NCBI GenBank assembly: GCA_963845515.1 | Contig: CAWJSR010000023.1 | Coordinates: forward strand, 32,001 to 96,000 | Direction: 5' to 3' | Source of the DNA: an uncultured delta proteobacterium | GTDB taxonomy: Bacteria; Myxococcota; Myxococcia; Myxococcales; Anaeromyxobacteraceae | DNA length: 64,000 nt | Shown here: in pieces, positions 39,211 through 49,909 of the stretch | How the letters are laid out: each line of letters starts with the position of its first letter | How positions within the stretch are numbered: position 1 is the stretch's first letter | Program-made: the position numbers and the translations under genes | Notes under the pieces: generated by a model | The model's input: the letters and a program-made list of their open reading frames with translations, nothing else | What the model was told of the DNA's origin: nothing | Databases searched by the model: none

Positions 39211-40100
39211 GGTGCGCGTCCTCTCAGGATCGGTTCGGGTCCGTGGTGCTTGATGAAGGTCCCGTCGTGCAGCTCCTGCAGCGCCTGCCGGACCTCGTCC
39301 CTGGTGTTCATGACGAACGGGCCGTAGCGGACGTAGGGCTCGTTGAGCGGCTGCGCGGAGAGGAGCAGGAAGCGCGCGGGCGTGGCGCCGGCGTGCACGC
39401 GGACGACCTCCCCGTCCTTCAGGATGACCAGCTTCACCGCGCCGACGGTCTTGCCGTGGGACTTCTCCCCGCCACCGACGGTCACCTCGCCCTGGAAGAC
39501 GTACAGGAGCGCGGTGTGGCCGGCCGGGACCGGCTGCTCGAACGTGCCGCCCGCCGGCAGCGCGACGTCCAGGTAGCTTGGGCCGGCGAAGATGTCGCGG
39601 ACGGCGCCCTGGACGTCGTCCACCTCGCCCGCCACCACGCGGATCCGCGAGCCGTCAGGGCGCACGACCTCGGGGAGCTTCGCCGCGGGGACGTCCTGGT
39701 AGCGCGGCGTCGTCATCTTCAGCTTCGCCGGGAGGTTCACCCAGACCTGGAAGCCGTCGAGCCGGCGAGGGCCGACCCTGGGCATCTCCTCGTGCATGAT
39801 GCCGCTCCCCGCCGTCATCCACTGCACGTCGCCGGGGCCGATGACGCCGGAGTTGCCGATGCTGTCGCGGTGCGCGACGCTGCCGTCGAGCATGTAGGTG
39901 ATCGTCTCGATCCCGCGGTGCGGGTGCATGGGGAAGCCCGCGATGTAGTCCTCGCGGTTCTCGGAGCCGAAGTGGTCGAAGAGGAAGAACGGATCGAGGT
40001 GGTCCAGCCGCTCGGTGGCGATGGAGCGCTCCAGCTTCACGCCTGCGCCGTCGCTGGTGGGGGTGGGGGTGACGACGTCCTGGATCAATCGCTCCTTCAT
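39207..40100 (-). CDS. Pirin family protein
   Basis: DPF, HPHRGIETITY, WMTAGSGIMHEE, YGPFVMN. Confidence 0.95.
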   Translation of the reverse strand: MKERLIQDVVTPTPTSDGAGVKLERSIATERLDHLDPFFLFDHFGSENREDYIAGFPMHPHRGIETITYMLDGSVAHRDSIGNSGVIGPGDVQWMTAGSGIMHEEMPRVGPRRLDGFQVWVNLPAKLKMTTPRYQDVPAAKLPEVVRPDGSRIRVVAGEVDDVQGAVRDIFAGPSYLDVALPAGGTFEQPVPAGHTALLYVFQGEVTVGGGEKSHGKTVGAVKLVILKDGEVVRVHAGATPARFLLLSAQPLNEPYVRYGPFVMNTRDEVRQALQELHDGTFIKHHGPEPILRGRAP

Positions 40101-40268
40101 CGCGGCCTCCTGAGTGCCATAGATGGATAAGCACCGCGGGGCGGCGCGCAACGCGGAGCCGCGCAACTCACTGTCCCGGCAATCGAACGATGACCTGGGC
40201 GGAGGGCGGCTGGTGGGGCGACGATCCAGTCGTTGCCACCCCGCGCCGCGGCGCGGTAAGCCTCTCGC

Positions 40269-40649
40269 GTGGGCCACTTCCTCCTCGTCTGCCTTGGCGG
40301 CGCCTTAGGGAGCGGGCTGCGCTTCCTCGCGGCCACGGGGGCGGTGATGCTCTTCGGCGCGGACTTCCCGCGCGGCACCATGTTCGTGAACCTGCTCGGC
40401 TCCTTCCTGCTGGCGCTGGTGATGGGGTTCTCGACGAGCTCGACCATGATGTCGCTGGAGCTGAGGCTCTTCCTCGGCGCCGGCGTCATGGGCGGCTTCA
40501 CCACCTACTCGTCCTTCAACTACGAGACGATCTCGCTCGCGGTGCAGGGGAGCTGGGGGGCCGCCGTCTTCAACGTGGTCGCCACGCTCGCCGGCTGCCT
40601 GCTCTTCGGCATCGCCGGGCTGGTGGTGGGGCGCGCGCTCGCCGCGTAG
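40269..40649 (+). CDS. crcB: Fluoride efflux channel CrcB/FluC
   Basis: GGALGS.LR, GTMFVN..GS, GGFTTYSSF. Confidence 0.93.
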   Translation: MGHFLLVCLGGALGSGLRFLAATGAVMLFGADFPRGTMFVNLLGSFLLALVMGFSTSSTMMSLELRLFLGAGVMGGFTTYSSFNYETISLAVQGSWGAAVFNVVATLAGCLLFGIAGLVVGRALAA

Positions 40650-40925
40650 GCACCTCCCTCCCGAAACCACCGTGAATCTGACCGGTTGCAGGGCAGTCTG
40701 TCTCCCTGCGGCAATGGGTCGCAGACCCCCTGCGGGTTGACGGCGACCCTGTGGGGGGCGTGGCCCGCCTCGGCACCCGCGCGCCGCGAAGGCCCGGAAG
40801 GCGCCCCCGGATTTCGCGGGGATCCACACCGTATTTCACGACGGGAGCACCCGCCCGCGCCGCTGGCACGGCTCTGGAATTGTGCGCCGCGCGGCCGCGC
40901 CGGCCGCCCTCCTCAGGAGCAGCGC

Positions 40926-42653
40926 ATGCGAAACCTCCCCATCGGACTCCGGCTCTTCCTCGCGTTCGCGCTCGTGACCGCAGCGCTCACGGGCGTCGGC
41001 GTCTTCGCGCTCGACCAGCTGAGCGCGGTGAAGGCAGGGCTCGACGACGTGGGAGTCAACGAGTGGAGGTCGGCCCAGATCGGCCTCCAGGGCGTGGTCC
41101 TCGCGGCGCAGCAGGGGATCCACGTCGGCAAGGCAGCGGTGGAGGAGGATCCGACCCGGCTCGCCACGATCCTCGACGACATCGCCGCGATCCGTCGCAG
41201 GGCGGCCGAGGTGGTGAAGGCGGGCGAGGCGGCCGCCGACAGCGCGGACGTGCGCGCGCTCTACGGTGACCTCGCGGACCTGCGCGTCGCCTACGCCGAC
41301 GCGATCGACCGCGCCGTGGGCTCCTTCCGCGCCGGCGACGCCGCCGGGGCGCGTCGCATCGTTGGGCACGACCTCCTGCCGGCGCTGGCCCGGGTGACCG
41401 AGGGCTGGGAGCTGGTGGCGGCGGGCGAGGGGCGCCAGGTGGATCAGGCGGTGGCCAACGGGAACGCGATCTACGGTCGCGCCCGCTCGATCGTGATGAC
41501 GCTGCTGGCCGCCGTGGCGATCGCTGCGGTGCTCTTCGCGCTCTGGATCACGCGCAGCATCACCACCCCGCTGCTCACGGCCGTGAAGGCGGCCGACGAG
41601 ATCGCGAGCGGCGACCTGCGCGCGCGCATCACGGTCGACGGGCGCGACGAGGTGGGGCGGCTCCAGGCGGCGATGGCGTCGATGATCGAAAGGATCTCGC
41701 AGGTGATCGGCGAGGTCAGGGCCGGCGCCGACGCGCTCTCCTCGGCCTCGAACCAGGTCTCGATCACGTCGCAGTCGCTCTCGCAGGGGACGGGCGAGCA
41801 GGCCGCGAGCGTCGAGGAGACCACCTCGTCCCTGGAGGAGATGAGCGCCTCGATCACGCAGAACGCCGAGAACGCCCGCCAGACCGAGACGATGGCGGCC
41901 GAGCAGGCCGGCCACGCGGCGGAGGGCGGCAAGGCGGTCGACGAGACCGTGGCCGCCATGCGGACCATCGCCGAGCGGACGACCATCATCGAGGACATCG
42001 CCTACCAGACCAACCTCCTGGCGCTCAACGCCGCCATCGAGGCCGCCCGCGCCGGCGAGCACGGCCGCGGCTTCGCGGTGGTCGCGGCCGAGGTGCGGAA
42101 GCTCGCCGAGCGGTCGCAGAGGGCCGCCAAGGAGATCGGCGAGACGGCCGACGGCTCCGTGGCGATCGCCGAGCGGAGCGGCAAGCTCATCGGCGGCCTC
42201 GTGCCGGCCATCCGCAAGACCGCCGACCTCGTGGCCGAGGTCTCCGCCGCGTCGCAGGAGCAGAGCTCGGGCGTCGGGCAGGTCTCGAAGGCGATGGCGG
42301 TGGTCGACCAGGTGACGCAGCGCAACGCGTCGGCGGCCGAGGAGCTCTCCTCCACCGCGGAGGAGATGGCCTCCCAGGCCGAGTCGCTGCAGCAGCTCGT
42401 CGCCTTCTTCCAGGTCGGCGACGGCGCGCACGTTCGCGTCGCCAACCAGCCGTTCCGCGCGCCGGAGGTCTCCACCAACCCCCGCCGCGTCATCGCGGTC
42501 GACCTGCCGCGGCTCCCCACCCCCGCCCAGCACGGCGCGCAGCCGCACCAGGCGCTGCACCACCCCGCCGCGGCGCGCCCGCACTTCGCGGCGGCGAGGC
42601 ACGAAGTTCCTGCCGCGCAGGCGGCGAGCGACACGGGCTTCAAGCGCTTCTAG
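40926..42653 (+). CDS. Methyl-accepting chemotaxis protein (4HB sensor, HAMP)
   Basis: [37 protein letters not shown]-terminal pentapeptide-like GFKRF. Confidence 0.96.
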   Translation: MRNLPIGLRLFLAFALVTAALTGVGVFALDQLSAVKAGLDDVGVNEWRSAQIGLQGVVLAAQQGIHVGKAAVEEDPTRLATILDDIAAIRRRAAEVVKAGEAAADSADVRALYGDLADLRVAYADAIDRAVGSFRAGDAAGARRIVGHDLLPALARVTEGWELVAAGEGRQVDQAVANGNAIYGRARSIVMTLLAAVAIAAVLFALWITRSITTPLLTAVKAADEIASGDLRARITVDGRDEVGRLQAAMASMIERISQVIGEVRAGADALSSASNQVSITSQSLSQGTGEQAASVEETTSSLEEMSASITQNAENARQTETMAAEQAGHAAEGGKAVDETVAAMRTIAERTTIIEDIAYQTNLLALNAAIEAARAGEHGRGFAVVAAEVRKLAERSQRAAKEIGETADGSVAIAERSGKLIGGLVPAIRKTADLVAEVSAASQEQSSGVGQVSKAMAVVDQVTQRNASAAEELSSTAEEMASQAESLQQLVAFFQVGDGAHVRVANQPFRAPEVSTNPRRVIAVDLPRLPTPAQHGAQPHQALHHPAAARPHFAAARHEVPAAQAASDTGFKRF

Positions 42654-42663
42654 GAGGAACCCC

Positions 42664-43173
42664 ATGGACGACGGCGTTCGACACGATCAGCAGCTCGTCT
42701 TCACCGTGGCCGGCGGCGACTACGGCATGCCGGTGCTCAAGGTGAAGGAGATCCTCCAGTGGGAGGAGGTCACGCCGGTCCCCGGCACTCCGCCTGCCAT
42801 CGCCGGTGTCACCAACGTGCGCGGCACGCCCACGCCGGTGATCGACCTCGCCCGGAAGTTCGGGCTCGGCTCGCGCCCACCCGGCCGCCTGACCTGCATC
42901 CTCGTCGTCGAGGCGCTCCTGGGAGGCGCGGTGACGGTGGTGGGGCTCAAGGTGGAGGCGGTGCAGGAGGTGCTCGACATCACCCCCGGCCACGTGGCGC
43001 CGCCCCCCTCCTTCGGCGCCGACGCGAGGGTCGACTTCCTCCAGGGCATCGCCCGGCACGGGAAGCGGTTCCTCCTCCTCCTCGACATCGATCGGGTCCT
43101 CGCCGCAGCCGACGCGGAGATCTGCGCCGCCATCGCCAGCGTGAACGACGCGGCGAACGAGGAGGCCGCGTGA
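42664..43173 (+). CDS. cheW: Chemotaxis coupling protein CheW
   Basis: VKEI..VTPVP, GVTNVRG...PVIDL, LLLDIDRVL. Confidence 0.92.
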   Translation: MDDGVRHDQQLVFTVAGGDYGMPVLKVKEILQWEEVTPVPGTPPAIAGVTNVRGTPTPVIDLARKFGLGSRPPGRLTCILVVEALLGGAVTVVGLKVEAVQEVLDITPGHVAPPPSFGADARVDFLQGIARHGKRFLLLLDIDRVLAAADAEICAAIASVNDAANEEAA

Positions 43174-43272
43174 CGCCCCCTGCCGGTCCCGCGCTGCGGG
43201 CGATCGCCACCCCCGAGGCTCCCCCCGGCGCGCCCCGGCTGCAGGCGCCGGTGCTCCTGGCCTGCGGCCCCG

Positions 43273-43926
43273 TCAGGCCGGCTCGGCGTCCCCGCTGGGC
43301 GGCGCGCCAGGCTCCAGACCGAGCCGCGCCGCCTCCTCGGGAGTGTTGACGTTCTCGAAGGAGCGCCCGTCGGGATCGATCGTCCGCCACTCCTCCTCCT
43401 CGACGATCCGCGCGCCGACCGCGGCGGCGATCTCCCGGAAGGAGGGATCGCCGGCGCGGAGGAGCCGCTCGACCTCGGGGAGGCAGCCGCGCGACCAGAA
43501 GGCGTGGAGTGGCTCGAGCCTGCCCTGCCAGCGTGGGATGAGCGCCGGCGCTCCCTGCCGCCTGGAGGCCAGCCAGGCGATCGGTCCGGCCGCGAGGAAG
43601 GGCATGTCGCAGCCGGCGGTGAAGACCCACTCGGACCGTGCGTGGAGCAGGGCCGCGTGGAGGCCGCCGGGCGCCCCCTTGCCGGCGATGGCGTCCGCGA
43701 CCGTGGGGGCGCCGAGGGAGGCGTACGGCACTGGATCGTTGGCGACGACCATCACGTGGGCGAAGGCCCCGCGGAAGAGCCTCAGCGTCCGCGCCGCGAT
43801 GGGCTCGCCGTCGACGCGCAGCAGCCCTTTGGGCGTGCCGCCCATCCTGACTGCGCGGCCGCCGGCGATCAGGACGCCGGTCGTGTCGGCGAGTGTGTGC
43901 GGGGTGGCGTCGGTGGCTGTGGGCAC
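43273..43926 (-). CDS. mobA: Molybdenum cofactor guanylyltransferase
   Basis: IAGG...RMGG.PK, CDMPF, EPLHA, NVNTPE; start uncertain. Confidence 0.9.
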   Translation of the reverse strand: MPTATDATPHTLADTTGVLIAGGRAVRMGGTPKGLLRVDGEPIAARTLRLFRGAFAHVMVVANDPVPYASLGAPTVADAIAGKGAPGGLHAALLHARSEWVFTAGCDMPFLAAGPIAWLASRRQGAPALIPRWQGRLEPLHAFWSRGCLPEVERLLRAGDPSFREIAAAVGARIVEEEEWRTIDPDGRSFENVNTPEEAARLGLEPGAPPSGDAEPA

Positions 43927-44036
43927 GCCCGAGGATACCGCGCAGACGGCCCGGGGGTTGGCGCTCTGACCGCGCCTGGGACGGGGCGCCATCGAGACTT
44001 GGAGCGGACGAGTCGTTCATGTAGAACGTGCGCTCC

Positions 44037-44375
44037 ATGACCCCGGAGCAGAGGCTCACGGCCTTCCGAGAATTCGTCGAGAAGCGCCCCGGCGATCCAT
44101 TCGCCCGCTATTCGCTCGCCATGCAGCTGCGATCGATGGGGCGGACGGCAGACGCCGCCACCGAGCTCCGCCAGGTCGCGCAGCGCAGCCCGGACTACGT
44201 CCCGGCCTACATCATCCTCGGCAAGGTGCTAGAGGGACTCGGCGATCCTGCCGAGGCGGAGCGCGTTTACGAGGCCGGCATCGCCGTGGCGAGCCGAGCC
44301 GGAAACAATCACGCACGGAGCGAGCTGGGCAGCGCCCTCGACTCGCTCCGCGCGCGCGGAGAGGCAACGAGATGA
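44037..44375 (+). CDS. Small TPR protein
   Basis: P.DPFARYSLA, PDYVPAY..LG, GN.HA.SEL. Confidence 0.8.
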   Translation: MTPEQRLTAFREFVEKRPGDPFARYSLAMQLRSMGRTADAATELRQVAQRSPDYVPAYIILGKVLEGLGDPAEAERVYEAGIAVASRAGNNHARSELGSALDSLRARGEATR

Positions 44376-45184
44376 GTAACGGAGAGACGATCCCCTCGCT
44401 TGGCGGCCTGTTCAAGGGGAAGCGCGCCATCATCACCGGCGTCGCCAATGACCGCTCCATCGCGTGGGCGGTGGCCCAGGCCCTCCACAAGGAGGGGGCG
44501 GAGCTGATCTTCACCTACCCCGGCGAGGACATGGAGAAGCGCGTCCGGCCGCTCGCCGAGACGCTCGACCCGAAGGCGATCATCGACTGCGACGTCGGCA
44601 AGGACGAGGACATCCAGAGGATGGTCGAGGAGGTCCGGAAGGTGTGGGACCGGGTCGACATCCTGCTCCACTCGATCGGCTTCGCCCCGCGCGGCGCGCT
44701 CGACGGCCGCTTCGCCGACGTCACCTCCCGCGACGTCTGGCGCATCACGATGGACGTCTCGGCCTACTCCCTCATCGCGCTCACCCGCGCCTTCAAGCCG
44801 CTGATGGTCTCCGGCTCCAGCGTCCTCTCGCTCAGCTACTACGGCGCCGAGAAGGTGGTCCGGAACTACAACGTCATGGGGGTCGCGAAGGCGGCGCTCG
44901 AGTGCTCCACCCGGTACCTCGCCGACGACCTCGGCCAGGACGGGATCCGGGTCAACTGCGTCAGCGCCGGCCCGCTCAAGACGCTGGCCGCCGCCGGCAT
45001 CAAGGGGATGCGCTCGATGCTCGGCGAGAACGCCGACAAGACGCCGATGCGCCGGAACATCGAGCAGGAGGACGTCGCCCGCGCGGCGCTCTACCTCTGC
45101 TCCGACCTCGCCCGGAACGTGACCGGCGAGATCCTCCACGTCGACGCCGGCCAGAACATCGTCGGCGTCGTGTCGATGGGGTGA
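44372..45184 (+). CDS. fabI: Enoyl-ACP reductase
   Basis: GVANDRSIAW, HSIGFAP, SAYSL, YNVMGVAKAALE, SAGP.KTLAA. Confidence 0.96.
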   Translation: MSNGETIPSLGGLFKGKRAIITGVANDRSIAWAVAQALHKEGAELIFTYPGEDMEKRVRPLAETLDPKAIIDCDVGKDEDIQRMVEEVRKVWDRVDILLHSIGFAPRGALDGRFADVTSRDVWRITMDVSAYSLIALTRAFKPLMVSGSSVLSLSYYGAEKVVRNYNVMGVAKAALECSTRYLADDLGQDGIRVNCVSAGPLKTLAAAGIKGMRSMLGENADKTPMRRNIEQEDVARAALYLCSDLARNVTGEILHVDAGQNIVGVVSMG

Positions 45185-45192
45185 GGAGCAGC

Positions 45193-45837
45193 TCAGCGCC
45201 TGGCGTTCTCCCCCACGAACGGGTTGTTCCGCCGCTCCTCGCCGAGGAGCCCGGACGGCCCGTGGCCCGAGAAGAACCGGACGTCGTCGCCCAGCGTGAA
45301 GAGCTTCCGACGGATCGAGTCGCTGATCGCCTCGAAGCTGCCGCCGGGCAGGTCGGTCCTGCCGACGGATCCGACGAAGAGCGTGTCCCCGGTGAAGAGG
45401 ATCTTCGCCGCCGGGAAGAAGACGCAGGCCGAGCCGGGGCTGTGGCCGGGGGTGTGGATGACTCGCGCCTCCTGGGAGCCAAGCAGGAACGTCTCGCCGT
45501 CCTGAGGCTGGTGGTCGACCGCGGGCACCTCCACCGGGTCGAACCCGAACAGCTCGGCCTGCACCGGCAGGGTGGGCAGCTTCGCCACGTCCGCCCCGTG
45601 CAGCCAGAGCGGCGCGCCGAAGGTGCGGCGCGCCACGGCCCCACCGGAGACGTGGTCGATGTGACCGTGGGTGCAGAAGATCCGCGTCACGCGGAGCCCC
45701 TCCGGCGCGCACAGCGCCGCGATCTCCGGTGAGTCCTCGCCGGGATCGACCAGGAGGGCCTCGCCGCTCTCCCGCTCCCCGACCAGGAAGCAGTTCGAGG
45801 CGAACGGCGTGAGGACCGCGTTCCGGACGATCAGCAT
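45193..45837 (-). CDS. MBL-fold metallo-hydrolase (glyoxalase II-like)
   Basis: THGHIDH, TPGHSPG, GDTLF.GSVGRTD, GHG. Confidence 0.92.
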   Translation of the reverse strand: MLIVRNAVLTPFASNCFLVGERESGEALLVDPGEDSPEIAALCAPEGLRVTRIFCTHGHIDHVSGGAVARRTFGAPLWLHGADVAKLPTLPVQAELFGFDPVEVPAVDHQPQDGETFLLGSQEARVIHTPGHSPGSACVFFPAAKILFTGDTLFVGSVGRTDLPGGSFEAISDSIRRKLFTLGDDVRFFSGHGPSGLLGEERRNNPFVGENARR

Positions 45838-45910
45838 GCGGGTGCTCCAATGAAGAGCGGGGCTGGAGGGTCGGCCCCGCCAGCCCCGCGAGAGTCCGGA
45901 GCCTGGCTCG

Positions 45911-46294
45911 TCAGTAGGAGAAGGACTGGCCGCAGCCGCAGGTCTGCTTCGCGTTCGGGTTCTCGAACTTGAAGCCGGCGCCCTGGAGCCCCTGCACGTA
46001 GTCGATCGTGACGCCCTGCAGGTACATCGAGCTCATGACGTCGACGAAGAACTTGATCCCCTCCTGCTCGAAGGTGAGGTCGCCGTCGGCCCCCTGCTTC
46101 TCGAAGTCCATGGAGTACTGGAACCCGGAGCAGCCGCCGCCCACGACGCCGACGCGGATGCCGTGCCCCTGCAGCCCCTCCTGCTCCATGGCGCTCTTCA
46201 CCATCTCGACCGCCTTCGGGGTCAGGAGGATGGGGTTCGTCTCCATCCCGAGGTGGGAGGGGGTGACCTGCGGCTGGACGGTAGTGGCTTCCAT
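45911..46294 (-). CDS. erpA: A-type Fe-S carrier (ErpA/IscA)
   Basis: GGCSGFQY, NPNA..TCGCGQSF. Confidence 0.9.
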   Translation of the reverse strand: MEATTVQPQVTPSHLGMETNPILLTPKAVEMVKSAMEQEGLQGHGIRVGVVGGGCSGFQYSMDFEKQGADGDLTFEQEGIKFFVDVMSSMYLQGVTIDYVQGLQGAGFKFENPNAKQTCGCGQSFSY

Positions 46295-46374
46295 CGTTTC
46301 CTCGTTCGCGGGGGGTGCGCTCCGGAATCTAACAGCGGGGCGGCCGAGCTTCAACGCAGCCCGTGCGGAGCCGG

Positions 46375-47358
46375 CTACGAGGCGCGAAAGCGGTCACTTC
46401 CCCCCGCCAGCCGGTCGTAGAGCAGCCCCCAGCGCACCCCGCGGTCCGAGACCGTGAGCCGCTCGAAGCCGGTGAGCCGCATCGCCTCCGCCACGATCAT
46501 CCCGCCGGCGACGATCACGTCGGCCCGCTTCGGCTCCATCCCGGGCAGCCGCTGCCGCTCGGCGACCGTCATGGCGGCCAGCCGCACGAGGAGCGCGTCC
46601 ACCTCGTCCAGCGTCATCGACGCGCCGTGGACCTTCTTCGCGTCGTAGACGGGGAGCTCCTGCTGCACCGAGCAGAGGGTGGTCACGGTGCCGGCGACGC
46701 CGACGAGCCGCGCGCCGGTGACGTCGCCGATCCCGTCGAGCTTCGCCAGCGGCGAGAGCGCCTCGCGCGCCGCCTCCCGGAGCACGAGCTGCTGGGAGAG
46801 CGGCATCGGGTCGGCGCGGACGTGACGCTCGGTGAGCCGGACCGCGCCCAGCTGGAGGCTGGCGCGGCCGCGGGGCGCCGGCCCGTCCCCGAAGATGAAC
46901 TCGGTGGAGCCCCCCCCGACGTCGAGGACCGCGAGCGGCGCGCCGGGCGGGAACGGCGAGGGGCCGCCCGGCGTGAGCCCGAAGTCGCGCCAGGCGCTGC
47001 CGTAGACGAGCCGCGCCTCCTCCTCGCCGCTGATCACCTCCGGCGTGAGCCCTGCGGCGGCCCGCGTCGCGGCGAAGAACTCTGCGCCGTTGCGGGCGTC
47101 GCGCGCCGCGCTGGTGGCGACGCAGACGATCTGGCTGGCCCCGAGCGCCCGCGCCTCGGCGGCGAAGCGCCCCAGGGTGTCGACGGTCTCCCGTATCGCC
47201 TCCGGTGAGAGCTGGCCGCTCGCGTCGACGCCGCGCCCGAGCCGCGTGATCTCGGCCCGCTCGACCACCGGCTCCAGCCGGCCGTCGCGCTCCTCGGCGA
47301 CGACCAGCAGGACGGTGTTGGTGCCGACGTCGATCGCGGCGAGGCGGAGTGAAGACAT
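46375..47358 (-). CDS. ppx: Ppx/GppA phosphatase
   Basis: IDVGTNT, ATSAARDA.N, ISGEEEA, DVGGGSTE, RADVI. Confidence 0.9.
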   Translation of the reverse strand: MSSLRLAAIDVGTNTVLLVVAEERDGRLEPVVERAEITRLGRGVDASGQLSPEAIRETVDTLGRFAAEARALGASQIVCVATSAARDARNGAEFFAATRAAAGLTPEVISGEEEARLVYGSAWRDFGLTPGGPSPFPPGAPLAVLDVGGGSTEFIFGDGPAPRGRASLQLGAVRLTERHVRADPMPLSQQLVLREAAREALSPLAKLDGIGDVTGARLVGVAGTVTTLCSVQQELPVYDAKKVHGASMTLDEVDALLVRLAAMTVAERQRLPGMEPKRADVIVAGGMIVAEAMRLTGFERLTVSDRGVRWGLLYDRLAGGSDRFRAS

Positions 47359-47472
47359 CCCGCGGTTCTACGCGGGACGCGGGCGGGAGATCAATGCGTC
47401 TTCGTGCGGGGCCGTGGCCCCCGGGGCCCCGGCCGGCGCCGCCCCGGGGGGCGGGCCGGCGGGGCGGGCAGC

Positions 47473-49793
47473 TCACTGCTGGCAGTAGCGGCCCGGTGCA
47501 GAGCGCGCGGCGCGGGACCGCGGCGCCGTACCGGTCGGGCAGGAAGCCGGGGGCCGCGGTGTTCGCGGCGCACTCGTCGACGATGTACGTGGCGAGCGCC
47601 TGGTAGTCCTTCACGTGGCTGCCGTCGCCGCCGCGTCAGGATCGCGGTGTTGAGATCGGCGATGGGGACGCCGCGTCTGGTCCCTGGGCGTCACGCCGGC
47701 GAACTTCGCGAACTCGCCGACGTAGAGCGTGGTCACCAGCGAGATGAGCGTCGTGAACGGATCGACGAGCCACCCGCCGGTGGCCGTGACGGTCTCGTCG
47801 TAGATGGGCGTGGTCACGGTGCCCGCCCCGTCCACGAGATCGATCTTCTTGATCCACGAGCCGACCGGGGTCAGCGGGCGCGAGGAGTCGTACTCGTACT
47901 TCAGGCCGCTCGGGACGATGAAGAAGTCCCCGTCCTCCACGGCCTTCTTGGCGGTCGTGTCGAGCGCGCCGAAGATCTCGCCGGCGCAGGAGGTAGCCGC
48001 GGATGAGCGGGTAGCCCGGGGAGCTCTTCGACCGGATCGCCGCCGTTGGGGACCATCCGGTAGACGTCCGCGAAGCCGAGGTCGCCGGTCGCGCCCACCA
48101 CGAGATCGCCGCGGATCGCGCCGCGGTTCTGGAGCGCGATCTGGGTCGTGGCCACCGCGTTGGCGGCCGCCAGCATCGCGTCGGTGTCGAGATCGCTTCC
48201 GTTGGTCTCGCCGGACCCGATCCCGACGACGTCGTAGGCCGTCTTGCCGAGGACGTAGTGGTACAGGTCGCCGAGGATCGCCGGGTCGTCGGTCACCAGG
48301 CCACCCGTGACGGTGGAGAGGTTCAGCTCCAGGAAGGACATCCCCACGACCGGGAGATCGACGCTCTCGAGCCCCCCCACCACCGTGGCCATCACGTAGA
48401 GGAGGGTGGGATCCTGCGACGGCAGGATCCTGTCGTCGACCGCGATGAAGCGGGTGCGGGTGGCCGTGGTGTCCAGCGTGGGGCGCTCAGCCGCGTGGAT
48501 GACCAGCTCCGCGCGCCCGACCTCCGAGCCGTAGGGCGCCGGCTGCATGATCGGGACCTGCCGGGCGTCGAGGTCCGCGACGTAACGGACCAGGTCCGGG
48601 GTCTCGTGGCTGTGGCCGCTGACGACGAGGTCCACGCCGCGGAGCTTCGCGGCGAGCCGCTCGTCGTCGCCGGAGACGGCGGCGGTCGCGCCGATGCCGC
48701 CGTGGCCGAGAAGGACGACGGCGTCCACCGCTTCGACGTCACGGAGCGAGGTGATCACCGGCTGGAGCTGGGCGGCGATCGCGTCGAGCGCCTGGCCCGC
48801 CAGGGCGGGGTCGAGCGGATCCACGCCGCTCGTGAAGCTGAGCGGCGCGGCGAGCGCCGAGCTGGACGCGGCGCCGCGGCCGAGCGCCGCGACCACGCCG
48901 ACCTTGAGGCCGCCCGCGGTCGTGACGATCCGCGCACGCGTGATCGCCTTTCCGCTGCCCAGCTCGCCGTAGAGCGCCTCGATCCCGTCGTCGGCGGTGG
49001 AGGTCGCGTCGAAGGCCACGTTGGTGAGGACGAGCGGGGCCGCCGCGGCCGGGAGCGGGGGAATCGGCGCCGGCGGTGCGGGCGGGGCGGCGCCGATGGC
49101 GGCCACCAGCGCGTTCAGCCCCAGCTCGAACTCGTGGTTCCCGATGGCGATCGCGTCGTAGCCGAGGACCCTGGCGATGGAGAGGTCGGGGTTGGTCTGG
49201 GTGAAGAGGACGGCTGCCAGCGTCCCCTGGCTGAAGTCGCCGGCGGAGACGGTGATGGTCTCGACGCCGCGCACCGCACCCGCCGCCCGCTCGTTGGCGA
49301 ACACCGTGGCGCGCCGCGCGACGCCCCCCTTCACCGACCCCGAGCCAGCGGTCGTCGGCAGCGGGAAGTCATCCAGCTCAGGGGCGGCCCCGAAGACGTG
49401 CGAGTGCTCGTCGGTCGTGAAGAGGACGGCGAGCCGCGCGTCGACGGCGATGCTCAGGCTCGCCCTGGTGCTCCCGCCGTCGTTCTTCGCCGTGACGGTG
49501 TAGGTCGTCGCGGAGGAGACGGCGGAGGGCGTCCCGGAGATCACGCCGCTGGAGCGGTCGATGGCGAGCCCCGCCGGGAGGGCGGGCGAGACCGAGAAGG
49601 AGTCGGGCGAGCCACCGCTCCAGGTCGGCGCGTTGGCCGCGATGGCGAGCCCCCTGGTGTAGACCGCCGGGTTGGCTGAGTAGGTGAGAGCGCTCGGCTC
49701 GTCGGGCTTGTTGCAGCCCGCGCTGAGCGCGAGTGAGATCGCAGCGATGGCCAGCGTGTGGACAGCGGCGGAGCCGCTCCGGTGGACGTGCAT
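47473..49793 (-). CDS. Lipoprotein 5'-nucleotidase/metallophosphoesterase with N-terminal putative Ig domain; several frameshifts in the 3' part, end approximate
   Basis: LSAGC lipobox; PALPAGL...GVISGTP Ig; TTDEH, AGD, GNHE, GHSH; NRGAIRGD C-domain. Confidence 0.82.
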
Positions 49794-49909
49794 TTGGGCC
49801 TCCCCTTTTGGGAAAAGGAGACCCCCCGCGAGCGGATGTGACAACAGACCACGTGGGGCGTGTGTCAGCGCCCAGCCGTCCCGAAGAGCGGACGCACCGC
49901 GTCGAAGGC

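Noticed and set aside
40101..40268. Fluoride riboswitch upstream of crcB
   Set aside because: No GGCGATGG..TGATG..C core motif seen
26460..43200. Integron cassette array or prophage
   Set aside because: No integrase, no recurring attC boxes, mixed gene orientation, and no phage genes
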